Below are positions 13,601 through 28,070 of a stretch of DNA of 64,000 nt, in pieces. The stretch covers positions 6,480,485 to 6,544,484 of the forward strand of contig NC_134027.1 of NCBI RefSeq assembly GCF_964204645.1. The letters run 5' to 3'. Positions within the stretch are counted from its first letter, which is position 1. Each line of letters starts with the position of its first letter. Made by a program: the position numbers and the translations under genes. The notes under the pieces were generated by a model. It searched no databases. It was given only the letters and a program-made list of their open reading frames with translations, and was not told the origin of the DNA. This stretch comes from Tubulanus polymorphus. Taxonomy: Eukaryota; Animalia; Nemertea.

Positions 13601-16600
13601 CCTAATTCGCCATCTACGAACACATAACGGTGAACGGCCATTCCAATGCAAAATTTGCGCTTTCGCATTCACTACAAAGGCAAACTGTGAAAGACATGTC
13701 AAGTAAGTTTTCAACTACCTTGTTTTTCCCTTTTACAACAGTTTAACTCAGGGTTATTACAACTTAATCAAGATGAAGTGCTCTTTAAAACTCGCCCTAG
13801 TTAAAATTAACCAGTCAAACCCATAGAAGGCGACTGGAATTATAATTTGCATTACCTGCATTTGTAGGAAGAAGCATGGAAAAATAACCAAAGAGGAAAT
13901 TGATGAAGCCGTTGGCTACAACCAGTATATGAAAGAAGAGGCTTCAAATGAAAAGATGAGCCCAAATAAAGTCAATAGCACAGATACCGTCTGTAAATAC
14001 TGTGGGGAAGATTTCAAGTTTTTCCGTGCGCTGAAACATCATCTACGTTCGCATACGAGCTGTCGTTTGAAACCTTTCGTTTGCACGTTGTGTGATATTG
14101 GCTTCTCGACGAAGGCAAATTGTATTCGTCATATACAAAAACAGCACGGACAGGTGAACGTCAGTTCTGTAGAAACCTTTATCCGAACAAATGTGCCAAA
14201 CGCGATGCCAAATCAGCAATTCGAAACACCGAAATTAGCTGCGTCATATCCGACAGCAGTAATGGCACTACAGTCAGCTATCCGTCCACAGATATACGTT
14301 ACACCACCTCCAGCTCATTCCAGTAAACCTCAGGTACCACATTTCCCGATTCAACTATTCACACCTACTTACTACCCCGGAAATCTTCAAGTGCCACCAA
14401 TTGCCAAAATTGAGACACCTCCACCAGCATCGATTACTGGTGGTAATCCGATTGACTTTAGTATTAAGTCGGAGCCTGCTGACTTCACGGCAAAGAAACA
14501 AAGTCCAGACGCACCTGTCGGAGCTTCAGAACAACGCAGAGATACACCAACCATGAATCTTGATGAACCGATGGATTTAAGTCAACCGTTATCAGCAGTT
14601 ACCGACACACCAAAATCGAGCATCGAAGAAACTGGAAAACTACAACAAATGTTGTTTGCTCCAGTAAACAGTCAAGCGACGGCCACAGTTGCGACAGCTT
14701 CATCGTCCTCGGTGCATCCAGCTTTCCGCACATACCGCTGTCCTGTCTGCCAGGTTCAGTTCAGCTCCGATACCAAGGTAATTTCAACAAAGCTCTTCTA
14801 TCAGAATGTACTTAAAAACCATATAGGTTTCATTCTTAAGTTAGATTCGTATTTATATTGATGTTGTTTATACTTTCAGTTGCACACTCATATGAAGACA
14901 CATACGACTAACCGTCCATTCCAGTGCACGTATTGTCCAGCTGGATTTACTATCAAAACCAACCTCGATATACATATCCGTACACGTCACCTCGACAGCA
15001 CGCCGGCAGCCCCATCTACACTCGCTACTTTACACAGTATGCTCGGCTCACGTAAATACATATCGCCGACATTGCGTATGATGGCCAAGCGTAAACAGTC
15101 ACAGCCCCAACACCGCCGTCCAAGTAGGACCGCTGAGAAACGCATCGTACATTCAGAGACTGAAGATGTCAAGCCGACTGAAGATGATTTGGCGTCTGTG
15201 AATAAGATAATCAGCAACACGGCGGATAATATGCCAGTTTTCCCTACAAAAGACACAGGACTGACTGAGAGTCGTGATGCTGTTGATATCGAACCATTGA
15301 TGGAGTCTACCCTAGAACAACAACTGCAGCAAATCATGGAAGGTGGAAATCCAAAAGACGTAAGTGTTTTAATGAAAAACATTTATGAATACCCAATTCA
15401 TTTCGACTTTCGAATCTGAGAAATAATATTTTACTTTGAAATTTTGATTTTAGGATGGGAATAAGTCTGAAGAATTGTCTCCAGGTAAAAAGAAGAAGAA
15501 TTCATATGCTAATGCTCCCAATCGAGTGGCCTGTCCATACTGTGGACGTAACTTCCCTTGGATTAGTTCATTACGTAGACACATTCTAACACATACAGGT
15601 ATGAATAATATCCAAAACACAGCAAAATATGTCTATCTTACTCCATTTAGAATTGAGACTAAAAAAAATTGAAATACTTCTTGAATTAATAGAAAATGTC
15701 CAATCTATTTCTAGGACAAAAACCGTTTAAATGTCCTGAGTGCTCAGTGTGGTTCTCAACCAAGTCAAATAGAGAACGTCATCTGCTGCGGAAACATGGA
15801 TTGAATCCAAACAACCCAAATGCTCGTCAAATTATGGATCGTCCTTATAAGTGTCAGCTATGCGTTTTTAGCTCATTTTCCAAACCAGGTATGTTTCAGA
15901 TTGTTATCATTCACAATTTCAGTTTTGGTTCTCAACAACTTGAAAACTCTTTCAATTCACATAATTATCATCCATCATTCTCATGGACTTTTCTTCCTTC
16001 AACTTTCAGAGAAATTACTTATGCATTACAAATCCAAGCACCCAGAGAGTGATCCTCCATTAAACCTACAGGATCTGGCTTCGTTAGAGAAATGGGATCA
16101 TAATCTTGAAGATAGCTCACATGAGAAAGACGATAGCGATGATGGAGGAGTGGACAAAGAGCTGACTCCAGTGAAGGGTGATCCAGAAGCAGCTGATATT
16201 CCCGAAGAAGCTGTTGATGAAGCACAAGACGATAATGTTAGCCACTCATCAGAAAGTGAACTGGTAACGATGGCAATGACAGAAATTCCAACTGCTGTCA
16301 TTGAAAATCGCAAAGTCGAAGAGGATCGTGGACCAACTCCGCCAATTGCGCGCTACGCGATCAACCCAGAACGAGACAATTACAATGTTGACAAGATCCT
16401 CGATTGTTGGGTATGCTCAGAGCATTTCCTGACGAGGAAACTGCTTTTGCGTCACCTGAAAGAGCATAATGTCGATTATCCGTATAAGTGTTACCTGTGC
16501 GATGCTTCATTCATCACTCGCAAAGAATGTTTGGAACACAAGACTGGCCTCCACATGCAGGACTGGGAAATGTTGAGAGAGCGTAACAAAATCGATGAGC

Positions 16601-17459
16601 TTTACCACTTCGTCGATATGATGGACAAGTTGGCGGATGAACAGAAGCCTGACGAATCAGAAGCAGTGAAAGCGGAAGCCGTCGAAGGAGAAGATACACC
16701 TATGACACCGGTTGAACGTAAAGTCTTCTGTTCTCTGTGCACGAAACGTTTCTGGTCGTTGCAGGATCTTAGACGTCATATGAGATCTCATACAGGTCAG
16801 TAGACGAAATATAAATATGTTGGATGATGTTGAATTTTTGTAAAAATTGAGCTTCAACTAATTAGTAATTTGACAATATATCTATAGGTGAAAAACCATT
16901 CGAATGTGATATTTGTGGACGGTATTTCACATTGAAACACAGCATGATGAGACATCGTCGTAAGCACAACATAGCTGATGATGAGGTGCCACCAATCCGA
17001 AATACTAGACAACGCAATTTTGTGATCGACCAGACATTGTCTACCCCATTGCCTACCGAGAAACCAAATGGATCGGCGAGAAATACTCCTGAAAGTGATA
17101 TGTTCATGGTAAGATACCAAACTTATACACAAAGATGTGACAAACATCTGGCAGATGGAGTAGAGTACAGATAGAATTCTCTATAGAATTCTAAACTCAT
17201 TGTTCATAAGTAAAATGAATTATGCTTATTTCAGATGCCTGCTAAAGAAAGCTATCCTGTATTGAGTCGTGCAGTTGTTCAAAATGCATCACCTCTTACA
17301 ACAACAACTAAAATGAATCCTCCATCCTCGATGTACGCCGGACTGTTTGGCGACAGTGACATTCTTCATAATCTACTTGGAGTTGAAAGTTCATCCATTG
17401 ACAAGATGTTGGATTCAGCAGATAACGCAGCTCAGATGCTCGGAATGGGAGCAAAGTAA
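10613..17459 (+). CDS. RREB1: Ras-responsive element-binding protein 1 / hindsight-like multi-C2H2 zinc-finger transcription factor (5' end incomplete)
   Basis: GT-AG exons: 10613-10710, 10839-11084, 11192-11390, 11469-11815, 12263-13340, 13525-13702, 13868-14777, 14880-15359, 15454-15598, 15715-15888, 16010-16795, 16888-17108, 17235-17459. RREB1-type fingers: [96 protein letters not shown]. CtBP-type PMDLS/PIDFS motifs are present. Confidence 0.93.
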
Positions 17460-19021
17460 TCGACCGTCATACTAGTGTGCAAGACAAGTGGAAGACTACA
17501 ATTATGACATCAGAATGAATGAAATCCTTTAAATATAGATTAAGTGTAATGCAACTATAGGCTGTAACTAGTAACTTATTTTATGGAACTCTTACCAAAT
17601 TTTTTATTTTAAGTGCATGATCTCTCAAATGCTTAAATGGTGCTTCCAGTAATGCATGTAATATGGTTTGAATTTTGAGTGAAATAATGACCGAAAAGTA
17701 TGCTTTTCCAATGACGTAATTGATGCATTTGATGCACATTAAAAACCTGCTAAAATCTCATAAGTAAGATGTATACATTTATATGAACTTATCATAAATA
17801 TGAAATGTTATTGCTAACTTAATGAATTGAAAGTTCAAGATGTATGATAGATAGATTATATTATTAATATATTTCAAATGGCAGGTATACATTCCATGAA
17901 ATTATTGAATAATTTATTTTATACCTGTGTATATATAATGTATATATTTATAAAATTTTCTGAGATTTACTCTATTCCTTCTGCCTATCTCTCTCATCAT
18001 TCCAATATGATTTACAATAAGTTATTCATTAATGTACTAGGAAACATGAATTCCATGAATTACCCTATCACATCTTCCATCCATTAGGACACTATATAAA
18101 CAGAGAGAAAACTTCGGATTTTCATCCGAATAATGAATGAATAGTATTTTGCATATGTCTAATGGTGCTTTCGTCTATATATTTAGATAATGATATTATA
18201 TGCATGAATAATATTTATATCATATGCAAGCAGAAGATTCTAATATTCCACTGCTTTAGATAAAGGATTAATGAGGCCAGCGTAATAATATATTTTGTTT
18301 AAGCGGTATGAATTGTGGTGGATTCCGCCGATTTGATACCCAACTTGATGAACAAAACTATTATTTGTACATATTGACTGAGATTCTTGACTGTAGATAT
18401 TTTTTCATGTGTGCTTGGAGTGTTTGTTTGTTGAGATTGATAGTTTGTTTATAATCATGTAAATATGTGTTTGTTTGTTGGACATGTAAACATTCCCTGG
18501 TCTTCCAGTTAAATGAATCTGCTCGTTGCAACCGACAAATTTTTTGCGCAAAATTTTGTATATTTTGAAATGTTGCAGATTTAAGAAGTGCGTGTTATCT
18601 TGAATTATGATCCGTTCCATTTCACTAGTTATCGGGTACATGTACAAGCTAGTGATAACGTAACATTCCAAAGCTTACCTCTGCATTCCATTTCTGAAGA
18701 AAATTAGCATATTCGTTTAGTTAATATTTATTCAATTTTCTGCTGCTGCCAGCTGACTGAAGCCATTTGTAAAGTATTTTCATTCTTGAAAAAAGTAGTA
18801 ATATATATTATCAATAACCATGATAGTGAAATGGGCTAATAAAATGATTCATTAATCAATTGCTTTTAATTTAAAATTGTACAAAGCTAAATATGATTAT
18901 TATAAAATTAAGTTATTTCTATAGATTAATTTAATATTTAATAATAATTTAGAAATCTGTGTAAAAACTGAGATGATTTTGCACTATTTTGAGTCTTTAT
19001 TTATATGATAGTTTGACCTGC

Positions 19022-19027
19022 AATAAA
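19022..19027 (+). terminator. Putative polyadenylation signal of RREB1 (would give an ~1.6-kb AU-rich 3' UTR)
   Basis: AATAAA at the end of a long AT-rich stretch downstream of the stop at 17459, just before the convergent CMTR2 3' end. Confidence 0.4.
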
Positions 19028-19298
19028 TCTTTATTATGATAAATATTATTGTCTACTCATTTTATATTTACTTATCTATGGATTATGGATTCTATTCACA
19101 ACTATAGGGGTCATGGTCACTGTGAAATGATGAATCGCTTAGCCATATGAACGAGCAGACCCAGTTTTCAGCATGAATATAATGACAAAATTGCAATGGA
19201 TTTCGTTCCAATCCATCACATGTAGTGGGTAAGAGCATGGAGGATACTCTGAGACTATTATCAAATCAGAAACCATTTTTCAAAAATATCTCGACTCT

Positions 19299-19304
19299 TT
19301 TATT
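19299..19304 (-). terminator. Putative polyadenylation signal of CMTR2
   Basis: TTTATT on + (AATAAA on -) ~170 bp downstream of the CMTR2 stop codon. Confidence 0.45.
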
Positions 19305-19474
19305 GATAAATTTAAATACACGCTAAAAGATGATACATTGAAAAAATTTGGTTCCTTTTACTCGTGCTAACAAGAAAATCATTCACTCACTGAAGAATTC
19401 GGAGCTGTACATCTGAGCTGCCTCATCAACTGCAAGATGGAGCACAGTAATACATGGATGGATGAACCATTTTC

Positions 19475-22400
19475 CTAAAATGTTGATTTGTTCAGCTTTA
19501 TAAGATGGTTTATATATTTCACCAAGTTTTTGTTGTTTATGCTTCGCATGACATCGAGAAATTGTGCATCTGAAATAGAGTTTGATATTTTACAATATTT
19601 CAACACGAAAGAGTCTTAAGCGAAAGGCAACCAAAATATCTTGAAACAAATTCATTTCACTTTAATGATTTTTACCTAGCATGTTCAGTATTGGGACAAA
19701 CTGAAGAACAGTTTCATGTGAATTTGTTCTTTTGTTAACACAACGCTCCACTTGCTGTAGATATTCAGTAATAGATTCAACGTGACCTATGAATTTCGCA
19801 CAAATGATGTACTGGTAACCATTGTTAGCCGACTCACCAAACATATCGACGAACACCTACAATGTGAAATAGAGCAATTTCAAAGCTTTGTCGAGTGAGG
19901 GAGTTGATTTAATACCAGGGGTAGGGTGCATTTAAAGAACTTTGATACTGGATATGTAATAAGAATTTTTCAAAAATTTTACCCGATGGAAGCACTTGGA
20001 CAGGAGCCATATCAAACCAATGGAGAACCGTGTGTAGGCTGGACAGCTTTTCACTATGAAGTAACCACCAGGCTCAAGTGACTGAAAAATACATTGCGTT
20101 TGTATGCGGATGAACTCTATTTATAAGTTTGGATTAGCTTATAAGTTTTATTTTCAATTTGCCTACTGTTAATGCCCTGATAGCACTGGACAGAAAATCT
20201 GGTTGACTCGATAGTTCATTCATTTGGTTTTTGCTTGTTACATCTGCTATGAAAATGCTTGTAACATCCCTTTCACAATTACTACTCGTCTGAAAAAACG
20301 TGAACATATAGTTTCATATGATTTGCTTAAAGGGATAGTGCATTTTCTTTTCCTTGAAGTAAGTGCTTACTTGTGAATTCAGTTCGACCGACATACTCAG
20401 CGATAAATTCGAAGGTTTTGGACTTATATCAGTCAGTTGATAGTGAACAGGATCTGTGAAGGCAACTGACACGATAGATTCACATATTCTCTTCTGTATA
20501 TCACCATTATCAGGAGTAACAAATGAATTCATCAATTCCTACAAAATCAAAATTCAAATACTGGATAGTTAGAATTAGTGTAAAGCTGATTTGCTCATAT
20601 CTCAATTACTGGAGGATTCACTTCACAACTTCAAATTGACACATAACAAACCTGTGAATTTTCCATCAGTTCATTGTACTCATCTAAAAGCGCCTGTGAA
20701 CAAAACTTGCTACTCAATATATGGCCAATTGGTTTTCCGCATATCATATTCCAGCTAGATATTTCACTCTTCGTCATAGGTTCAAAATTGTTCTAAAAAA
20801 AAATATCAAATATAATAATTGTAACATTTCATTTTCACATGGTTATCCTGGTTGAGTAATATACCTCTATTATGTAAATGATATCGTCTTCATCTCTATA
20901 TGACATACTGGCAATCCGCTTTTGCCATGATGATGAATTGACATGTCTTCTATAGTTATACGTCCCGTGCAATCTTTCATGGGCAAATCTTAACTGACCT
21001 CTTTTGTTTTTCTAGCAAAACAAATGAATGAAACATGTAAATAAACCAACGCATGCACAGTGAATTCACACACAAGATGATTAAAAGTTAAGCCTTTCAT
21101 ATTTTTTTACCTCGCAGCGACGCGGAATAATGCGATCATGATTCGATATTGGTTTGACAAGATATCGTCTGATGAAATGTTGAACGCAGCCATCCCTGAG
21201 ATTTTCGAGTTGTTTATGTTCATCGCGTGAACGACTGCCGAATGTTTCCATATTGCATCGAATGGTTTTAATCTGAAAATCCATAAAACGTTCGCAACAC
21301 AATCGATGCTGATCTAGAAATGATTTCGGGATTTCGTTGTATGGAAGCATAGCCTTTTCTTCATAAATTTGACCTAAAAATACGAAGTAGAAGTTTGCAT
21401 AAAGAATCCCGTTCATAAGATAAACATTAATCAATTTTCAAATGGCCACATCCCTGCATCTTTTGGCATACCTAAAGAACTCAGAAGGGCTTGGTGGATA
21501 ACGTTGTTCAGTCCGTGGAAATCCAGGCATATCACATAAACTTCTGAATTTCCTGGTTTACTAGTGGAAGGTTTGAAGACATGTACCTATATAAAACAAA
21601 TACGTGTTCAATGCGAATATTTCAGAACTGTAATGCAAAAGAAGTGTAAATGTAAAATCAGTTATGGTAGCAAAAGGCTTACTTGATTGAAGAGACAATT
21701 TAGTAGATACATCTGACATACAGATTCAGCTTCAAAGAAAGTGAACATCTTGATGACCAATGATCCACCATTACTTAACACAGATAACGCAGCTAATAGC
21801 TCACAGAAATGCAGATGGGAGACTAACTTCTCTTGTTCAGCAGGATTATTCTGACAATTGAAACTACCATCAGCCGTCACCTTTAACATAGATTGAATTC
21901 TAAAAACTAACCTATAGGCTCCTGCAGTTTATTGTAAATGCTTTGATATAATTAAGACCTAAAACGTACCAAATGAACTTGATTCTTGACTTCATTTTTG
22001 AGATTCTGTATATTTTCAGTCGATGTGATATCACCAGAGTTGTCATGGCCGAAGTACCAGCAATCTAATGTATCTCTAATCAATATGTCATTGTCTATCA
22101 TATACCGCAATCCATTACCTTCGTAATATGGGTTCAACGTGTTACCAATCCAATGCCAATCTATGTAAGGTCCTGAAACATAACAATTCTAGAAGATACC
22201 ACAGCATTAGTTTACCAGAACTATGTCAATGCACAAGTGTTGACTTACTGTGAGTTTTCAAATAATGGTTTAGAGCTGAAATGAAGGCACCGGGAGCTTC
22301 ACACAGATGGAGACTCATGAACTGCGCTATATGAGACGGTACTATCGGATACCGTGAAACAATTTCAAAGAATTTACACCACGCTTGCGTACAAATCTCC

Positions 22401-22747
22401 GGCTGTATCGAATGACGAAGAGATGAAATGGTTTTTCCAGCACGGTGATTCAATTTCGTATGTTCGTGCCACTCGTTTATATCCTTGTCGCTCAGTAAAT
22501 CTTTCACACGGTTCAATTCATTTTTCATCGTTCGTAATTCTTCATCTTCCCAAATATCTACCGAAAATAGTTGGTCAGTTTCTGGAAGTCTCCAAGGCGA
22601 TACATCGATATCCTTTTTAATATACTCGAATGTTTTGTTAAATTCTTCGAGAATTTCCTGCTCATCGACTTCGGATAAAGCAACCTGGTCGCAATTATTA
22701 AATCGAGTTCGCTCCTTTGTGCACTTGCGTCTCTTCGTTTTTCCCAT
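19475..22747 (-). CDS. CMTR2: Cap-specific mRNA (nucleoside-2'-O)-methyltransferase 2 (FTSJD1/adrift family)
   Basis: Exons (minus): 22747-22249, 22172-21970, 21880-21683, 21586-21472, 21373-21111, 21011-20865, 20792-20652, 20538-20371, 20289-20167, 20081-19983, 19856-19676, 19569-19475. Motifs: [79 protein letters not shown] (K-D-K-E tetrad of the RrmJ/FtsJ fold). Confidence 0.93.
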
Positions 22748-23165
22748 GCTGCCAATTTTCAAATTTTATGGAACAGTGTGGATGGTACTGATTTGGCTAT
22801 ATTACTATGAAGCTACATCATCCATTTATCATATGTCCTGCCTTATTCCCAGCAGCAATGGCCAATGATGATAGAATGTCAGCCAAGGATTAAAAAAATG
22901 GATGGTTGTTATTTATTTCGCATTTCTCATCATTCTATTTCTAAGTCCATTTTTAGGAATCTCTTAATTATATTATTAAAAAGGTTCTCACGGCAAAAAT
23001 CATTTTCTTAAAAAGCAATCATGATATAACTCATCGATCATATCGGATCTAACTAATATTAACTCCCAATGAAAAATGTTCAACTCGATAAGGACTTCCC
23101 CATTTCCTGGGAATTCCTGGATTTCCCCCACGCCGTGACGTCATTGACCTGTATAACGCTTCAGA
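22748..23165. promoter_or_regulatory. Divergent (bidirectional) promoter region CMTR2/ZNF341 with a CRE palindrome and kB/STAT-like sites
   Basis: The start codons are ~420 bp apart head-to-head. TGACGTCA at 23136-23143, GGATTTCCCC at 23119-23128, TTCCTGGGAA at 23104-23113, GGACTTCCCC at 23092-23101. Confidence 0.6.
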
Positions 23166-24332
23166 ATGGCTGAGCCAGCGCCCGAAATGACGCATTCTTT
23201 GTTCGAGGTTTTAGCAGGTAAAGCATGAACTATTTACTCGATTTCCCGCACGAAGTTTAGATACATATTTTACTTTTCGAGTAGAGCGGGGCTAGAGCTA
23301 TGTAGCCGTGTTGTGACTTACAGATGAATGGTTTGAAATATTGCTGACGGAGGGACGAAGTAATGGCGGCCACTAAACCCAGCAGCGCCGCACTGGGAGG
23401 AAAATAATAACTGACCAAAACATACTCGGTCCATTAGTTGCACCACCCCCCCCCCCCCCATCCATCGAGCTGTCATACACAAATACGATTACATGTTCTG
23501 TATTTACATATCTTACACTCCCCACCATAAATTTGCTTATACATTACAAACCTCATTTTGTGGTAGGATTTGAATTATAGCCTATTTAATTAATTGTTTG
23601 CTGAGCTTCCCCTTATTACTAAACAAAAAGGCTTTTATGATACATTGTTTATGATAACCTTTCAAAAAACGACCCACAAAGAGAAATAAATAGAAAATCG
23701 TAAAGACAAGTATTTTTTTATTATTGATGATTTGTGTTTAATCTTGTTATGGATTGTTTGCTTATATTTTCCTATTACAGGTGGGGTGAATTTGGATCCC
23801 CAGACGACCCTCGCTGTTCAATCGTTACTTGACTCGCAAAGCGTTGCTGAAACTACACAAGGTATGGCACATTCATCATTGCCATTTTGATACTTAAATT
23901 ACACCTGAGTCTATTGATGCTTTTAGGCCTAATTGGCAGATGAATGAATTTTTTTGTATATCTCTACCGTTTTTAGTTGAAGCTGAAGAGGATGACTTGT
24001 TCGTGTGTGGTAAATGCAAGAAACAGTTCACATCATTGCCATTATTTGTCAGTCATAAACAAACGAGATGCACCCCCATGACAAATTCCTCATCTCCAAC
24101 ACAGAATATTCATGATAAATCTCTTGGCAATGTAAGTAATACGACATCCACTTCTATATCCCTTTAGAATCATCAAGCTGATGAAAATCTTTGCTATGCC
24201 TCAGGTCTTAACAGTTTCAAACAATTACCGGTACTAAACGCTTCAGTTTCCTGCTGGCTTACCAGTAACTTGCTTGACCATTTACAGCACCGGTAAACTC
24301 TAGTGTAAATAGAAATAGGCGCTTTACTAGTG

Positions 24333-24368
<36 letters not shown>

Positions 24369-27300
24369 TACCCCTATATATAGGCCGGGCACTATATGCA
24401 AACACTTGAAAACTTCTAAATAAATGTGCTTGAAATGTTGCCATTGATTTGATTTCAACTATTCAACTCACAGTCATTTGTGGGACTGACTTAGTCTACT
24501 GGTCAATTAAAAACTTGTGTCTCGATTTTTAAGGTTGCGCAATTCAACAGCGTTTCCACTTCACCAGTACCATCTATTGGACAGAGTATCGTTCTCAATG
24601 ATGACCTCATCACCACATTTACAAATATTGACGGTAGCACTATTCAAGTGGTAAGTTCAACATCGATGTCATTGTACTACCATGACTTTCACTTAGAATC
24701 CACTGTTATATGTTTTTTCTGTTACGTGTCTGTAGGTACCGACGAGTATACAAAATAACCCGTTTCTGTCACAAATCAGCCCTGTACAGAACAGTTCTGC
24801 TAATAACGGCCTTTCTACATTCACCATCAGCGCATCGTCATTCACAAACCCTATACAGACAATTAACATGCAGACTGGACAACAAATGCCATCGGCTGGT
24901 ACCATGGTCACTGTACAAGATGCGCAAAATACCAAACAAACTTATCAAGGTAATGAATATTTTCAATAAATTTGAATTAGCGATCTTTTCATTTTGTTAA
25001 TGCCACATATATTTATTTTTGTAGCCAGTGATTTGAATAAACAGAAAGTCAGTTTAATCACAGTAATACCAGATATGACTCCACCAGAACAACCTCAGAT
25101 TATCAAACCACTTCGAGGCCGTGCTGCCAAATCTAATGTTGGTAGCGAGGAGAAGAAACGTTTGAAATGTCAGTATTGCGCAAAGACATTCTTGAAAAAC
25201 TTTGATTTACAACAGCACATCAGATCCCACACAGGTGAAAAACCATTCCAGTGTATTGTCTGTGGACGAGCGTTTGCGCAGAAATCTAATGTTAAAAAAC
25301 ATATGCAAACTCATAAGGTAATTTACTGAGTCATTTTCATTGAACTAAGTCTAGGTTGACATTGTTATCATTGAAGAAGATATTTTATTTAGGTATGGCC
25401 GAATGGAACCAGTTCAACATTGCCACGTCAACCAGTGACTGAGAAGATAGCTGAGGAAAACAAGAAAGATGAAGAAGAAATGCCGATAAGCGTAGAAACG
25501 CCTGAGTTTCAGGTAGGAAAAGTGGGGATTTATCCATTGGAAATATGTTCGCAATAGAATGGAGCTAACACGGACATAGAGTTTATTGAGATACATACAT
25601 GTTTGTAAGTTTTCTTTATTTCACTTACTGTTTTTACGCAGGTTGGGGTGCAGTCACATACAGATGAAGCTGGAAATGTGAACATTGTCATAGACAACGC
25701 ATACTTGTGTCAGTATTGTCCACAGAGATTTAAATCTTATTACCATCTTAAAACTCATATGGTACAACACAAAACTGAGCAGGTATATATGCTTTATTAT
25801 GCAATGCTGTATGCATTTAGTATTAATCTTATTCATGATTAGTTGTTTTACATATTTCATTCCTTTGTCTTATTTTTGTTAAAGGTTTATCGATGTGTGC
25901 TGAAAAGTTGTTCAATGACATTCCATGAATTAGATGCATTCCTTGATCACACGAAATCTCATGAATCGGAACTTGTGTATCGGTGTCACATGTGCAGTAA
26001 ACAGTTTCCATCTCTATATGAGTTAGGTGTCCATCAGTACTCGCATAGTTTATATCCAAATCAAGGCCCAAAACCTGGAATTAGGTATTTCAAGTGTAGT
26101 AAATGCGGCAGTAAATATTCAAGCGCAGAAGCATTGGAGAACCACATGGAAACAGTGAGTCATCATCATATTTGTGATCACTGCGGGAAAGTTTTCACTT
26201 GTGAGAGATATCTACGACGCCATCTTACAACGCATGGAACGAGACGTGAGTTATATACCTCAGTTGGCTTGTAGTCGGCGGCTCCAAAATCTGGGGTTTG
26301 AGGGGCATTTTTCAAAAAGGTCAAAAAGTGATATTGTGATTTATCTTTTCAGAGCATGGTTGCCCAACTTGTGGCAAAGTATTTCACACAGAATATTACC
26401 TCAAAAGCCATATGTTAATACATACAGGACTGAAACCGTTTAAATGCTCAAAATGTCCGTCATCATTTAATCGTTCGGATAAACTAAAACGTCATATGAC
26501 AATTCATGAAACTGTGAAGAAATACAAGTGCCCTTTCAGGAATCACACAGGTACAAAAAGCCTTAAATCTTGCTATTATTATTATTATTAGATGATCCTC
26601 GCAGACAGTCATTATCTGGGGTTATTTTTCAGGTTGCCAAAAAGCTTTCAACAGACCGGATAAACTTAAAGCTCACATAATATCTCACAGCGGTATTAAG
26701 CCACATAAATGCAAAGAATGCGGGAAAGCGTTTAGTCGTCGACCTCACCTTCGCGATCATGAACGAGCCCATCGTAAAGACTTTCGATTCAAGTGCAGGG
26801 ACTGCAATAAAGGTTTTTTCCGTCAAAAGCTGTTAGATCTGCACAAATGTAAAATGGCGTCGTTCGCGAAAATGGAAGAAAGCCTAACGACGACCACAGT
26901 TCGTCGTCGTGTAGGTAGACCTCGGAAAGTCATCGAGGTTTTAGCGGAAGACGCTACGAAAGCTGGTGAAGCTGTAGTCGACGATGAAGAAAGTCAAATT
27001 ACAGGCGATCCAGTCGAGGATAATAATAAAAGTTCATCTGCTGAAAATGATGATATCTCAGCTGCTGAAGACGCAACTGGTGACTTGAAATGGCCAGCGA
27101 AAAAACGCGGCCGACCCAGACTGCTGGGGGTCGTAGCGGATGATAATAAAACAGAGCTAGATACGGATAAAATCGATTCTAATGTTCCAAGAGATGTCAC
27201 CGATGAAATGATAAATGAAGAAAATGTGATTATTGAATGTTCCAACAGAGATGAATATTCCGTGGATGACTCGTGTCAGTCAGATCAAGTCACCCATTTA

Positions 27301-27672
27301 CAGATTCCGCAAATTCGCCTCGAAGAACTACAGAAATCTGTTCAAATGTTCAATGCAAACGGACAACTGGGCACTATACATATCGCTACAATTGATGGTA
27401 CAACTCAGATTTGTGTAAATCAGAAAGATGAAACGGGCGACATCATGGGTTCTGACAATTTACAGACATTAGAGGTTCACCAAATGGAGGGTTCACCATT
27501 GACTCTTGTCCCAATCACATTGCCTACCGGTCCAGCATACGTTCCAGCCAGTCAGGTTTATTCGGTTACATCAGATTACACAACTGAAGATGTCGATCCT
27601 GTTCTACAAGGTCGACAAAATATGATCGAAGCTTCAGCTGATATTCTGAAAGAAGCTGAACAACAGCAATAA
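23166..27672 (+). CDS. ZNF341: Zinc finger protein 341 orthologue
   Basis: Exons: 23166-23217, 23781-23861, 23977-24131, 24534-24650, 24736-24949, 25025-25317, 25393-25512, 25642-25782, 25885-26245, 26353-26550, 26633-27672. The N-terminus [43 protein letters not shown] and fingers [81 protein letters not shown] match ZNF341. Confidence 0.93.
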
Positions 27673-27920
27673 TTCGTTGCGGGTTTCAAACGTTTTCTAG
27701 AATAAATCTCTTTCTACAGTAGTGGTAGAACTCGGTTAAGTCATCACCAGATTGGTTGTCACATTGCTTAAGTTGTCCCTAATGTTTGAATCTCAATTTG
27801 TATTAAAATTCAATTTATTTAGTGTAAGTTGTCATTTGGATAATCTTTGGACATGAAAAATGATCATCCCAGCTATGATGACCTAATTACTGCATTCAAC
27901 GTGTATAAATGAATGCTACA

Positions 27921-28067
27921 CAGTGGAACCTCATTATAATGACTGTGGCTATAACAATTTATCGGTTATTAGAAGCCAACAATTTTGTAATGGATACAGC
28001 ATAAACTATCAGTTATAACAAACATATTTTCTGGTCCCATGAATTTTGCTGTAATTAGGTTCTATTG
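27921..28067. mobile_element. Degenerate Tc1/mariner-pogo (Tigger-like) MITE; also in units 2 and 3
   Basis: Begins CAGTGGAACCTCATTATA and ends TAATTAGGTTCTATTG followed by TA. The TIR is imperfect. Confidence 0.45.
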
Positions 28068-28070
28068 TAA

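Noticed and set aside
11497-16313. Antisense ORFs over RREB1 exons (and similar ones over CMTR2, ZNF341 and the dehydrogenases)
   Set aside because: Shadow ORFs on the opposite strand of real coding exons.
23310-23375. Minus-strand GTAAGT donor and ATGGCGGCC (YY1-like) in ZNF341 intron 1, hinting at an overlapping CMTR2 5' exon
   Set aside because: No convincing matching acceptor upstream of the CMTR2 ATG. Cannot be supported without transcript data.
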